Shown in pieces: positions 8,233-16,942 of a DNA stretch of 64,000 nucleotides. The position numbers and the translations under genes were made by a program. The notes under the pieces were generated by a model, which saw nothing but the letters and a program-made list of their open reading frames with translations, did no database searches and had not been told where the DNA came from. The DNA comes from Candidatus Omnitrophota bacterium (lineage in GTDB: Bacteria; Omnitrophota; Gorgyraeia; Zapsychrales; Zapsychraceae): NCBI GenBank assembly GCA_035292445.1, contig DATDQB010000010.1, positions 3,563-67,562 on the forward strand, written 5' to 3'. Position 1 is the first letter of the stretch; the number at the start of each line of letters is the position of its first letter.

Positions 8233-9461
8233 GACGGCCTTTGGACGGCTTTGTTAAGCGTTTCGATGTGGACCTTAAAATCCTCGCAAATCTTCTCTAA
8301 CCCGACGGATTGCGCCCTTGCCTTGGTCAATTCATACTGAAGGATCTTTTCTTTCTCCTTCAAGTGCACATTGAATTCCTGAGCCTTCTGCAATTGCGCA
8401 CGCAGCTCTTCATTCGCCTGTTTTAGCTCTCCGTTGTGCCGTCGTAATCCCTCCAAAATATTCTTGGACTCTTCATCCAGGGAAGATTCCCGCTTCGATT
8501 CCCCAACGCCCTGAAGGGCCATGATCCTATCCGCCGCCTGCGCCAATTTCTGCTCATAGGTCAGCTTGGCGACCTCAAGATCTTCCTTGAACTGCCTGGC
8601 CTGCTCTTGGGCTTCTTTCAGCTGACTCAAAAGCGCGCGGTTACTTTCTTTATGTTGGGAAAGTTCGGCCTCTATCTTTCTAAACTTACCTTCCATTTCA
8701 TTCTTATAAAGGATCAACTCGTTGAATTCTTCCCATTTTCTCTCCATGCCTTCTTTACTTTGAAGAAGCTTTTCATTTTCTTCCCTGAGCTTAAGAATGT
8801 TGTTCTGCAACGCCTCTTCTTTCGACCACTCGATGCTCTTTTGATGATCGAACTCCGCCTTAAAAAGAATAAATTTCTTCTCCAGCCCATCAAAACGCTC
8901 ACGCTCGGCCGACACCTGCCTTTTTAACTCCTCATTCTCGACGGTCAATTGCCCGAGAGACTGCTGGGCATGTTCCCCAAGATTCTTAGCTTGAGCCAGC
9001 TGTTGCTGCTCCTCTTCGCTCAAAGTAACAGCATTCTTACTGGAGAGCTCCCGGTCTAACGCATCTTTCAATTGTTTGTTTTCCGCCTCAAGCCGTTCAA
9101 TGGTTTCCTGAGCTTTCTGAAGGCCCGCCGCTTTGACGCGTTCTGCCATTTGGGTATGAAGTTCCGGAACCTCCGGCTTCTGTTCCGGGAAGCTCGCTGC
9201 GGCAGCTGCTTTGGGGGAAGGCGTTGGCGGCGCCTGCTGCGCCTGCGCCATCTGGATCAGCTGGGAATTGGTCAATTTCTTTTTGGGAAGTGCGCTGAAA
9301 TTTTTCTTTAACGCTTTTATTTCTTCAGGGTCCGAGATCGGCACAGCCGTTCCCGTCACTTTGGAGGATTTCTTTCTTTTCTTAATAGCTAAATAACTCA
9401 ACCCGGCGACTAAGACCAGCGCCACTAAAATTGTTGCCATTAATTTCCTTTCTACAACCAA
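8229..9461 (-). CDS. Membrane-anchored coiled-coil protein
   Basis: N-terminal hydrophobic helix plus KKRKK, then long E/K/Q-rich heptads; start could be 9440. Confidence 0.7.
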   Translation of the reverse strand: MVVERKLMATILVALVLVAGLSYLAIKKRKKSSKVTGTAVPISDPEEIKALKKNFSALPKKKLTNSQLIQMAQAQQAPPTPSPKAAAAASFPEQKPEVPELHTQMAERVKAAGLQKAQETIERLEAENKQLKDALDRELSSKNAVTLSEEEQQQLAQAKNLGEHAQQSLGQLTVENEELKRQVSAERERFDGLEKKFILFKAEFDHQKSIEWSKEEALQNNILKLREENEKLLQSKEGMERKWEEFNELILYKNEMEGKFRKIEAELSQHKESNRALLSQLKEAQEQARQFKEDLEVAKLTYEQKLAQAADRIMALQGVGESKRESSLDEESKNILEGLRRHNGELKQANEELRAQLQKAQEFNVHLKEKEKILQYELTKARAQSVGLEKICEDFKVHIETLNKAVQRPS

Positions 9462-9463
9462 AA

Positions 9464-10426
9464 CTAAAGATAGGCGTGTTTTTTAAGGTACGCCGAATAA
9501 TCCAAAACCGCGTCTTCCAACCTGGTAAAAGGCTTCTTATACCCATTCTGTCTTAACTTGGACATTTCGGCCTGGGTAAAATATTGATACCGCTCTTTAA
9601 GTTCTTCCGGCATGTCGACATACTCGATCTTGGGCTTTTTACCGACGGCTTTAAAAAGAGCGCTGGCCAACTGGTTCCACGTGCAAGCGTTACCCGTACC
9701 GACATTAAAAATACCGTTTACTTGCGGATGGTCGAAAAAGAACATGACCACATCCACCGCGTCTTTAACGTAAATGAAATCCCTCTTTTGCTCCCCGTCT
9801 TTATAGTCGCGCCGGTAAGATTTGAATAAGCTCATTTTCCCTTCATCAACCACCTTTTGGAAAGCCTTGGCCACGACACTTCGCATCTCGCCTTTATGAT
9901 ACTCATTGGGCCCAAAAACATTAAAGAACTTAAGCCCGGCGACCTTGTCCATAAAACTATTTTCCAGCACCCAAAGGTCGAAATTCTGTTTTGATTTTCC
10001 GTAAAGGTTTAAGGGCTGGCAACGGCGGATGGTTTCAACGTCATCATTATAACCCGCACTCCCATCGCCATAGGTGGCGGCGGAGCTGGCGTAAATAAAA
10101 CGGACATTATGCTTGAGCGCCCATTGGGCCAGCGTTTTGGTATATTCCAGATTATTGATGCGGAAATATTCGGCGTCCTGAAGGGTGGTGGAGGAGCATG
10201 CCCCCATGTGGATAAGGCATTCTATTTTTTCCTGGAACGCCTCGGATTTGATAAGCTCGAGAAAATCGTCCTTCTCATAATAGGCTTTGTATTTTTTGTT
10301 GGCCAGGTTCCCCTCTTTATCCTCTTCCATATGATCGACAAGAATAAGGTCGCCCCGACCGCGCTTGTTGAGTTCTGCGACAATGCAGCTGCCGATAAAC
10401 CCGGCGGCTCCGGTAACAATAATCAT
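9464..10426 (-). CDS. rfaD: ADP-L-glycero-D-manno-heptose 6-epimerase
   Basis: MIIVTGAAGFIGS, HMGACSSTT, YASSAATYG, PLNLYGKSK, FNVFGPNEYHKG, YQYFTQA. Confidence 0.95.
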   Translation of the reverse strand: MIIVTGAAGFIGSCIVAELNKRGRGDLILVDHMEEDKEGNLANKKYKAYYEKDDFLELIKSEAFQEKIECLIHMGACSSTTLQDAEYFRINNLEYTKTLAQWALKHNVRFIYASSAATYGDGSAGYNDDVETIRRCQPLNLYGKSKQNFDLWVLENSFMDKVAGLKFFNVFGPNEYHKGEMRSVVAKAFQKVVDEGKMSLFKSYRRDYKDGEQKRDFIYVKDAVDVVMFFFDHPQVNGIFNVGTGNACTWNQLASALFKAVGKKPKIEYVDMPEELKERYQYFTQAEMSKLRQNGYKKPFTRLEDAVLDYSAYLKKHAYL

Positions 10427-10440
10427 AAAAAACTCCCTGC

Positions 10441-10507
10441 GGTTGCCTGTTTCCAGTTACCGGTTACCATAAAATTTCTGGTAACAGGTAACGGGTTACT
10501 GGTAACC
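10441..10507. repeat. Inverted heptamer tandem array overlapping the stop of the 10496-11131 gene
   Basis: ggttgcc-tgtttcc-agttacc-ggttacc...ggtaaca-ggtaacg-ggttact-ggtaacc. Confidence 0.85.
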
Positions 10508-11131
10508 ATTTTCCTTCTTTTCTGTGTAGAAAATATATTTACCGATATGCTGCCCGATCTCCTGCCCCAACTGCCCGAAGTCCCCTTTGGCTTTTTCGGC
10601 TTCAATGGAATCTTTAAAAAGTAGAACGGTCACGTTACTTCGGGAATCCACCAGGCGCCCTTCGACGCTCAGGCGGATCTTGGGCTTCATGCCCATCCAT
10701 TTCTTCCAACCGGAAGGGCTCGATAGCTCAGTGACATGCCCTCTTAAGATAAGCTCGGCGTCCTGTTCCTCTTCCGTCAAAGCGATATCGAAGCGGTCCG
10801 CTTTAAATTCATCTTTTAGTTCTTGCGGTAAAGCTTTGCCTTCGTAAATGTCCAAAACACCCCTGATGATCCTCAAAGACACCCGGTCCAGCTCATCGTT
10901 GACTTCGACGTTAGGCCCGGCGCTAAAGGGCTTAATGAGAAGTTTGCCGCCCTCGTGGAGCCTGGCCTTATTGACAATGCGGCCGGCTTCGACAAAACGC
11001 GTTTTCTCGAGCTTTTCCAGTTGCATGGCCGATGGCTCAATATCGGGATTAGCTTCTTGGCTCCCAAACCAGGCGCAACCAGAACAAATGAAAAGAATAA
11101 TCAATAAATCATAACGGGGGATCAGCTTCAT
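10496..11131 (-). CDS. Putative lipoprotein, unknown function
   Basis: Lipobox-like CSGC after a hydrophobic stretch; 211-aa ORF in operon context. Confidence 0.65.
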   Translation of the reverse strand: MKLIPRYDLLIILFICSGCAWFGSQEANPDIEPSAMQLEKLEKTRFVEAGRIVNKARLHEGGKLLIKPFSAGPNVEVNDELDRVSLRIIRGVLDIYEGKALPQELKDEFKADRFDIALTEEEQDAELILRGHVTELSSPSGWKKWMGMKPKIRLSVEGRLVDSRSNVTVLLFKDSIEAEKAKGDFGQLGQEIGQHIGKYIFYTEKKENGYQ

Positions 11132-11217
11132 AAATCAGCAAGATTTTAGCATAGAGCTTCGGTGGGCTCAAGAGAATAATAGAAGTAATAATAATATTAA
11201 TACCGCGGATTTAGGGG

Positions 11218-14200
11218 TTATTCCCTTATACCTATAGGTTCTTTTCTTTCGTAGGCTTTGGAAAGCTCTAAGGAGCTAGCGGAATGCTCTGCCAGCGGTT
11301 CGGGCTCTTCTTGGTCAGTGATCCCTAAAAGAAGGGGTAAATTCGTGACAGGGATAATCTGGTAAATGATCGGCGCAAAACCGTTGATCGGCATGGTTTC
11401 CAGCTTCTTTAATTCTTCCGGTAAATTGAATTCTATCGCCCTCCCGCGCTCTTCGATGTCCAACATATCAGGATTCAAGTCAATACCACCGACTTTATCC
11501 TTCTCTTTAGCCCCCATCATCGCCCGGTCGGGTTTGTTGTCTGCCGGACTATTGGGAATAATTATTGAAACAATGGCTCCATGATTATCTCTACGATTTT
11601 CAAACTTTAATGTCCAACCGACATCTTGAAAGGCCCAGCTTAGCGAGATGACATCGAGGCCAGACCTTCCCCAAAATGGTGTATCTTCCGAAGGTATTTT
11701 GGGTGTAACCACTTGCTCTTTTCCCAATCTCTCTAATATTTCAGGCGATATGCCAGTGCCATTATCGATGACTTGAATCAAAATTTGTTGATCTCGAACA
11801 GCTGCTTGTATTGTAATTTGACCTAACTGTCTTGCATTACTACCGTGTTGAGCAAAGATGGCATCAATGGCATTGCGATACAAATCATCCATCCTAGCAT
11901 CCAGATATCCTCGATTTGTCCATTGCGAATGGTCCGTAGGATACCTCTTAAATTGGCCTGACTCTTCTAATTTTAATGTTAATTTTTTCCCGGCTTGCCG
12001 CAAAGCAACAAGAGCTTGTTCTCTCAAATCATAATTATCCGAAACTTTAAATTGGTAAAACTGTACCGTTTCTTCTCCCACCATCGCGGTGTCGGCTTGA
12101 GCGGCAATTTTCATGGCCGCCACGCTCATATCATCGATTTTTCTAAACCGGTTTTCTCTCTGTTTGTCTTTAGCATGGGCCGCAGCTTGATTTCTGATAG
12201 CCCTACTAAAATCGTTCATATCCTCGAATTGATCGGCAAACTGCGCAACGGAATCTTCAAACTCCTTTTTACTTTTAGTAAAATTTTCATATATCCCATC
12301 GGAGACGGAAAAAACTATATCATCAAGTTCAATGTCGACTATACCATACTGCCAATCTTGCAATTCATGACCGCGTTCCAGGCCTATCCCATCGCTAAGA
12401 ATAGCACTGTACATGTGCCCTATCGCCTGTTCTTCTGTCATAGAACCTGTGCGAATAAACTCTTGCGCAAAGGTATCATCCTGCGTTAATTGGATCAACT
12501 GCCGTTTGCGTTTGCTCCATGCATAAATCCGGCTATCCCCCTTGTTAAAGAAAATAACCTGCCTTTTCCCCGATACGGTTTCCTCACGAATATGAAATAA
12601 GCTTAAAGTGGTTTCAAGCTTATCCTCCTTTTGATCTGTAAGACTATTGACCATTTTATATTCTGCATAAGCTGCTTGAATTTTCTGAACCAAATCTTCC
12701 CAGATCGGTTTTAATTCTCCCCTCGTACGCACTTGCGCCAGAATATCCACCTTTAGTTGATCAAGCGAAACTTCAACAGCTAATCGAGAAGCAACTCCTG
12801 AATATTTATGATCGCCAACACCATCGGCCAAAGCAACGGCTCTTTTAACCCGGTTCACATCGGTATAATCTTTGTTGGGACGAGCCCGAAGCGTATCTGA
12901 AACCATGCCGGTCCGTACATGCTCATCCGCTATCATGGCGCGATCTAAATCACCATCGATAGGAGAACTAATGGGCACTTGCTCCATTCGATTAAAAGCA
13001 TCGATCATTTTTTCAATACTGACCGATCTTCTTCTTTGCGCCATTGTTGCATTTGGCCTTAATCTCATTTCGATCCGTTCCGGTATGGTGTTTCGAATAA
13101 TGTGATCCACATACTGCCAGCGGCCAAACTCCGCGCTCCGACGCAGACCAAACCGCTCATAATTTGCCAAAACATTAATGGTCGGCTCCCCATTTCTCAT
13201 GGTAGGAATAAAATCGGGCCTGATACCCATCAAGGAGGTAAACGGCTCTATTTTCCCTTCGAGACCACCATTCTCAAAACGATAATGGCCTTGATGCGCC
13301 AACTCGGCGGCAATATATAATAGTGCAACTATAGGATGCAAGCCGAGATCCTGAGGAAAAATCTCATTAATCAATTTCTGCTTGCCGGAAACGCCGTGGA
13401 CCAAATTCACCCTGATCGTGTCTTCTTGCGTGTCCAATCCAATACGGGCAAAAACACCTTTCATAGGGTCAACGCTGTCTCCTTCTTCTCCAATGACCAG
13501 GTAAATACCATGCGTATTTTCTGCTAATCCGTATTTCATCGCAATAAAATATGACGTTCCAGGAATAGTGGCCTTTAAAATGGCTTGGCCATTAATAAAT
13601 TCGGGGGAAAACATACCCGTCATTCTTTTCATATTCGAGGTTGGTAATATCAATTTCTGATTATCATCGATTCCCGGAGGCAGAAAATAAACATACTTCT
13701 CCCTTAAATTAGAATAACGTTGATAGGTATCGATAGTTGTGTCAATAAAGTCTGCGAATACTGCATCAGAGACAGCGCTCAAATTTATTCCTTCTTTATT
13801 CAGCCACTGCATTACATTAAAAATGATATCGGAAGTAATCTGCCATTTATGGCTTAAAGCGTTTATCCACGCCTGCGCATATCGCTTTTTCCCGGAGGTA
13901 TATAATTTAGTAATATGAAAGAATATTTTATGGATTAAAGCGGGTGTGGGAAGGCGGTCTTCTTTTCCAGTATCGCCCCAAGCCATGATCTGTTCTTTAT
14001 CTGTATCCGTGAATCCCCATCTTCCTTGAAGAGCACGCACCTGAGGCGCTGTTTCTATAAGGCCCGCCATTTCTTCTGACAACATGGCGTTATCGGTTAA
14101 AGATGGTCCCAATAATCGCGTTACATCCGTGACACTTTCCCCATCGCGGCCTTTGGCATCTAACACGGCAGAGGCGATTATGGCATGATTAAAATTTTGC

Positions 14201-15318
14201 TCAACCCTAGCCGCGAATTCCGGGGCATCGACAACCAGCATGGCCTCATCCACTGCCATTTTCGCCCCACCGGAAAAATACTTTCGTGGAATGACTTCCT
14301 GGGTGGCGGGATCATACTCTTCTTTGATGTAATTGTAGACCCCGACCTTAAAGGCCTCTAAATACTGCTCGTAGATCTTTTGTTTCACTTGTTTGTCTTC
14401 GACGTCCACGCCCTCTGTTTTATTTTGATCCACGTAAATTCTGTTGAGCAAATGCCCCTCAAGTTTTCTCTTGAACCACGTGGCTAAGATCAATGAATTG
14501 TAGATCTGGCGCAAATTGGCGAAATTCTTGCCTTCGTTGACTTCCTTCTCGATCTCAGGAAGAATCACCTCCCTCATCATTTCAGTCATCAGTCGTCGGT
14601 CTTCAGTCGTCAGACCTTCCTCTGACGTCTGATGACTGATGTCTGATGACTGACTAAGCGCCAAATAGTCTTCTTCCAACATCACCTTCAAATGCGACTC
14701 CACCACAAAGGCCGTATCGCCGTTCTCATAGACAACCGCTTTTTCAGGAACGATCCACACTTTATTGAACGTGTTGACCGGAATATCGCTGGTGCCGTAC
14801 AATTCATAAGCCCTCTGATGGATCCTATCCCAGAACTTCTTGCCCAATTCTTCCTCAGGATAGATCAGGCTTGCCGTTAATTGTTTAAGCAAATAATCCT
14901 GCGCCAAAAGGTCGCGCCCCATTTCCGTTATACCGAAACCCTCCGGCACAATGCGGTCCTTTTCATACGGCGAGAGATTGACCCACAAGTCTTCTTTGGG
15001 CACGGTCAAACTGGCCAGAAAATATTTGACCAATTTGTCGGCTTCAAGGCGCAAGGCCTCGTCTTTGAGGTTGCTTTCGCCTGTATCGATAATGAAATCA
15101 AAACGAAGCGGATTATCGGCGTAAATTTTAATGCCTTTCATCAAAGGCGGCGTGAAGGCGACGCTTGGCGGGAGCAACGTTCCCGGGGAGACAAGCGGTA
15201 AGGCCGCTTGCGCCCACACGAGTGAAGGAAGATAGACCGTTGAAACAAAAAAGACAACGGCAATCGTGGCGCAAATAAACTTAAATAATTGTGATTTTCT
15301 TAGAATATGTATACACAT
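11218..15318 (-). CDS. Exported modular polyprotein A: conserved N-domain / unknown module / PP2C-type phosphatase / HATPase_c / conserved C-cap, with modules delimited by D-x-A-M
   Basis: Signal peptide (..VWA|QA). N and C ends are paralogous to 50935-64000. PP2C motifs ADGVG, NKGDSRIY, LTQDD, SDGI, DDMS; HATPase motifs RNAIDA, DNGTGI. Confidence 0.85.
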   Translation of the reverse strand: MCIHILRKSQLFKFICATIAVVFFVSTVYLPSLVWAQAALPLVSPGTLLPPSVAFTPPLMKGIKIYADNPLRFDFIIDTGESNLKDEALRLEADKLVKYFLASLTVPKEDLWVNLSPYEKDRIVPEGFGITEMGRDLLAQDYLLKQLTASLIYPEEELGKKFWDRIHQRAYELYGTSDIPVNTFNKVWIVPEKAVVYENGDTAFVVESHLKVMLEEDYLALSQSSDISHQTSEEGLTTEDRRLMTEMMREVILPEIEKEVNEGKNFANLRQIYNSLILATWFKRKLEGHLLNRIYVDQNKTEGVDVEDKQVKQKIYEQYLEAFKVGVYNYIKEEYDPATQEVIPRKYFSGGAKMAVDEAMLVVDAPEFAARVEQNFNHAIIASAVLDAKGRDGESVTDVTRLLGPSLTDNAMLSEEMAGLIETAPQVRALQGRWGFTDTDKEQIMAWGDTGKEDRLPTPALIHKIFFHITKLYTSGKKRYAQAWINALSHKWQITSDIIFNVMQWLNKEGINLSAVSDAVFADFIDTTIDTYQRYSNLREKYVYFLPPGIDDNQKLILPTSNMKRMTGMFSPEFINGQAILKATIPGTSYFIAMKYGLAENTHGIYLVIGEEGDSVDPMKGVFARIGLDTQEDTIRVNLVHGVSGKQKLINEIFPQDLGLHPIVALLYIAAELAHQGHYRFENGGLEGKIEPFTSLMGIRPDFIPTMRNGEPTINVLANYERFGLRRSAEFGRWQYVDHIIRNTIPERIEMRLRPNATMAQRRRSVSIEKMIDAFNRMEQVPISSPIDGDLDRAMIADEHVRTGMVSDTLRARPNKDYTDVNRVKRAVALADGVGDHKYSGVASRLAVEVSLDQLKVDILAQVRTRGELKPIWEDLVQKIQAAYAEYKMVNSLTDQKEDKLETTLSLFHIREETVSGKRQVIFFNKGDSRIYAWSKRKRQLIQLTQDDTFAQEFIRTGSMTEEQAIGHMYSAILSDGIGLERGHELQDWQYGIVDIELDDIVFSVSDGIYENFTKSKKEFEDSVAQFADQFEDMNDFSRAIRNQAAAHAKDKQRENRFRKIDDMSVAAMKIAAQADTAMVGEETVQFYQFKVSDNYDLREQALVALRQAGKKLTLKLEESGQFKRYPTDHSQWTNRGYLDARMDDLYRNAIDAIFAQHGSNARQLGQITIQAAVRDQQILIQVIDNGTGISPEILERLGKEQVVTPKIPSEDTPFWGRSGLDVISLSWAFQDVGWTLKFENRRDNHGAIVSIIIPNSPADNKPDRAMMGAKEKDKVGGIDLNPDMLDIEERGRAIEFNLPEELKKLETMPINGFAPIIYQIIPVTNLPLLLGITDQEEPEPLAEHSASSLELSKAYERKEPIGIRE
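14582..14653. repeat. Inverted heptamer tandem array, in-frame inside polyprotein A N-domain
   Basis: tcagtca-tcagtcg-tcggtct-tcagtcg-tcaga...tctga-cgtctga-tgactga-tgtctga-tgactga; same unit family as 4504-4563. Confidence 0.85.
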
Positions 15319-15448
15319 AGGCAGCCTACTAGTAATAACCCTATTAAGACTCCACCTAGTAAGTATACTATATAGAAAACAGGCTTTACCAATCGAAGTT
15401 TGTCATGGAAAAACTCGGTAAGATATTGGAAATAAAACGGTTAGTGAA

Positions 15449-16942
15449 TTAACCGCGTTGGCTGGCGGTGCTTAAATTCGCCAAGTTTTTGGCGAGCTCG
15501 GGGGTGAGCTGCTTTTCCTTTAGGCGCCAGACCCAATTCCCCTTCGTTGTGCCCGGGGTGTTCATCCGAGCGTGCTCATCAAGGCCTAAAACATCTTGCA
15601 TCGGGAAAATGGCCCAGTTGGCTTTGGAATGCATGGCAAGGCTTATCAGTTTCCAATGGATGTCTGTAACGCTTAAATCTGATTTTAAATACTCATGCAA
15701 ATTTTTCCGTTCCCATTCATTGATACCGTGCTTGAACCATCCGACCGTCGTGTTATTGTCATGGGTCCCGGTGTACACAACGCAATTGGGGTTATGGTAA
15801 TTGTGGGGCAAATAAGGGTTGTACGCGTCGCTGCCGAAAGCGAACTGCAGTACTTTCATCCCCGGAAAGCCGATCTCACTGATCTTGCGGTGCACCTCTT
15901 CAGAGATCATTCCCAGGTCTTCCGCGATAATGGGCAATTGGTCCCTCTGGGAACGCAGCGTCCCTAAAAATTCGTCCGTCGGGACATCAACCCAATTGCC
16001 GTTAATGGCCGTTTTCTCAGCGGCCGGGATTTCCCAATAGTTGATAAACCCGCGAAAATGATCGACCCGAACCCAATCAAAAAGTTTCAGGTTAAAATGC
16101 ATGCGGTTCATCCACCATTCGAATTGGTTCTGCTTTTGATATTCCCAATCGTAGACAGGATTGCCCCAGCGCTGCCCCGTTTCACTGAAAGAATCCGGCG
16201 GGGCACCGGCGACAAATAAAGGCTTGCCATGATCATCCAATTTGAAATTCTTAGGGTTCTCCCACACATCAACACTATCCAAGTCAACATAAATGGGGAT
16301 GTCGCCAACGATCTCAACTCCCTTTTGCCAGCAATAATTCTTTAACCCCGACCATTGCTTGAAAAATAAAAATTGCATGATCTTGAATTCTTCGATGCCG
16401 GCCTCGTCTTTCTGTGCAAGCGCCTCCAAGGCCTTGGCATCATGGGAACGGTAGCTTTCAGGCCATTCATTCCAACACTTCTCGGAAAATTTCCTTTTCA
16501 GCCATTTGAAGGCGGCGTAGTCCTGAAGCCAAAACCGGCTCTCCTCGACGAACGCCTGGTAGTTCAATTCCTGGCGGTTGAAATTCTTAATGACCTTCTC
16601 AAAGAGACGGCTTTTCAGCTGGATGACCGCCTTATAGTTGATTTTTTCGGTATCGAACGACGGTATTTTTTGGATATCCTTAGGTTCCAACAACCCCTCT
16701 TCGACGAGCAATTCAGGACTTATGAAGAACCTGTTCCCGGCAAAAGCCGAGGGGCTGCTGTACGGCGAATGGGACATCACCGGATTGGTCGGATTTAAAG
16801 GAAGGATCTGCCATAACTTCTGTTTTGATTGGCTAAGAAAATCGACGAACCGGTAAGCCCCCGGGCCCAAATCGCCGATACCGAAACGCGAAGGTAACGA
16901 GCTGATATGAAGAAGAATACCGCTTTTGCGTCCGTCCATCAT
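15449..16942 (-). CDS. malQ: 4-alpha-glucanotransferase (amylomaltase, GH77)
   Basis: SGILLHISSLP, WQILPL, GDIPIYV, GQRWGNP, RVDHFRG, AEDLG, YTGTHDNNT. Confidence 0.96.
   Translation of the reverse strand: MMDGRKSGILLHISSLPSRFGIGDLGPGAYRFVDFLSQSKQKLWQILPLNPTNPVMSHSPYSSPSAFAGNRFFISPELLVEEGLLEPKDIQKIPSFDTEKINYKAVIQLKSRLFEKVIKNFNRQELNYQAFVEESRFWLQDYAAFKWLKRKFSEKCWNEWPESYRSHDAKALEALAQKDEAGIEEFKIMQFLFFKQWSGLKNYCWQKGVEIVGDIPIYVDLDSVDVWENPKNFKLDDHGKPLFVAGAPPDSFSETGQRWGNPVYDWEYQKQNQFEWWMNRMHFNLKLFDWVRVDHFRGFINYWEIPAAEKTAINGNWVDVPTDEFLGTLRSQRDQLPIIAEDLGMISEEVHRKISEIGFPGMKVLQFAFGSDAYNPYLPHNYHNPNCVVYTGTHDNNTTVGWFKHGINEWERKNLHEYLKSDLSVTDIHWKLISLAMHSKANWAIFPMQDVLGLDEHARMNTPGTTKGNWVWRLKEKQLTPELAKNLANLSTASQRG

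Noticed and set aside
12946-14079. Possible VirK/YbjX (DUF535)-like fold in the first cargo of polyprotein A
   Set aside because: Only a loose resemblance (VNLVHG...GLHPIVALL); left as unknown pending a profile search.
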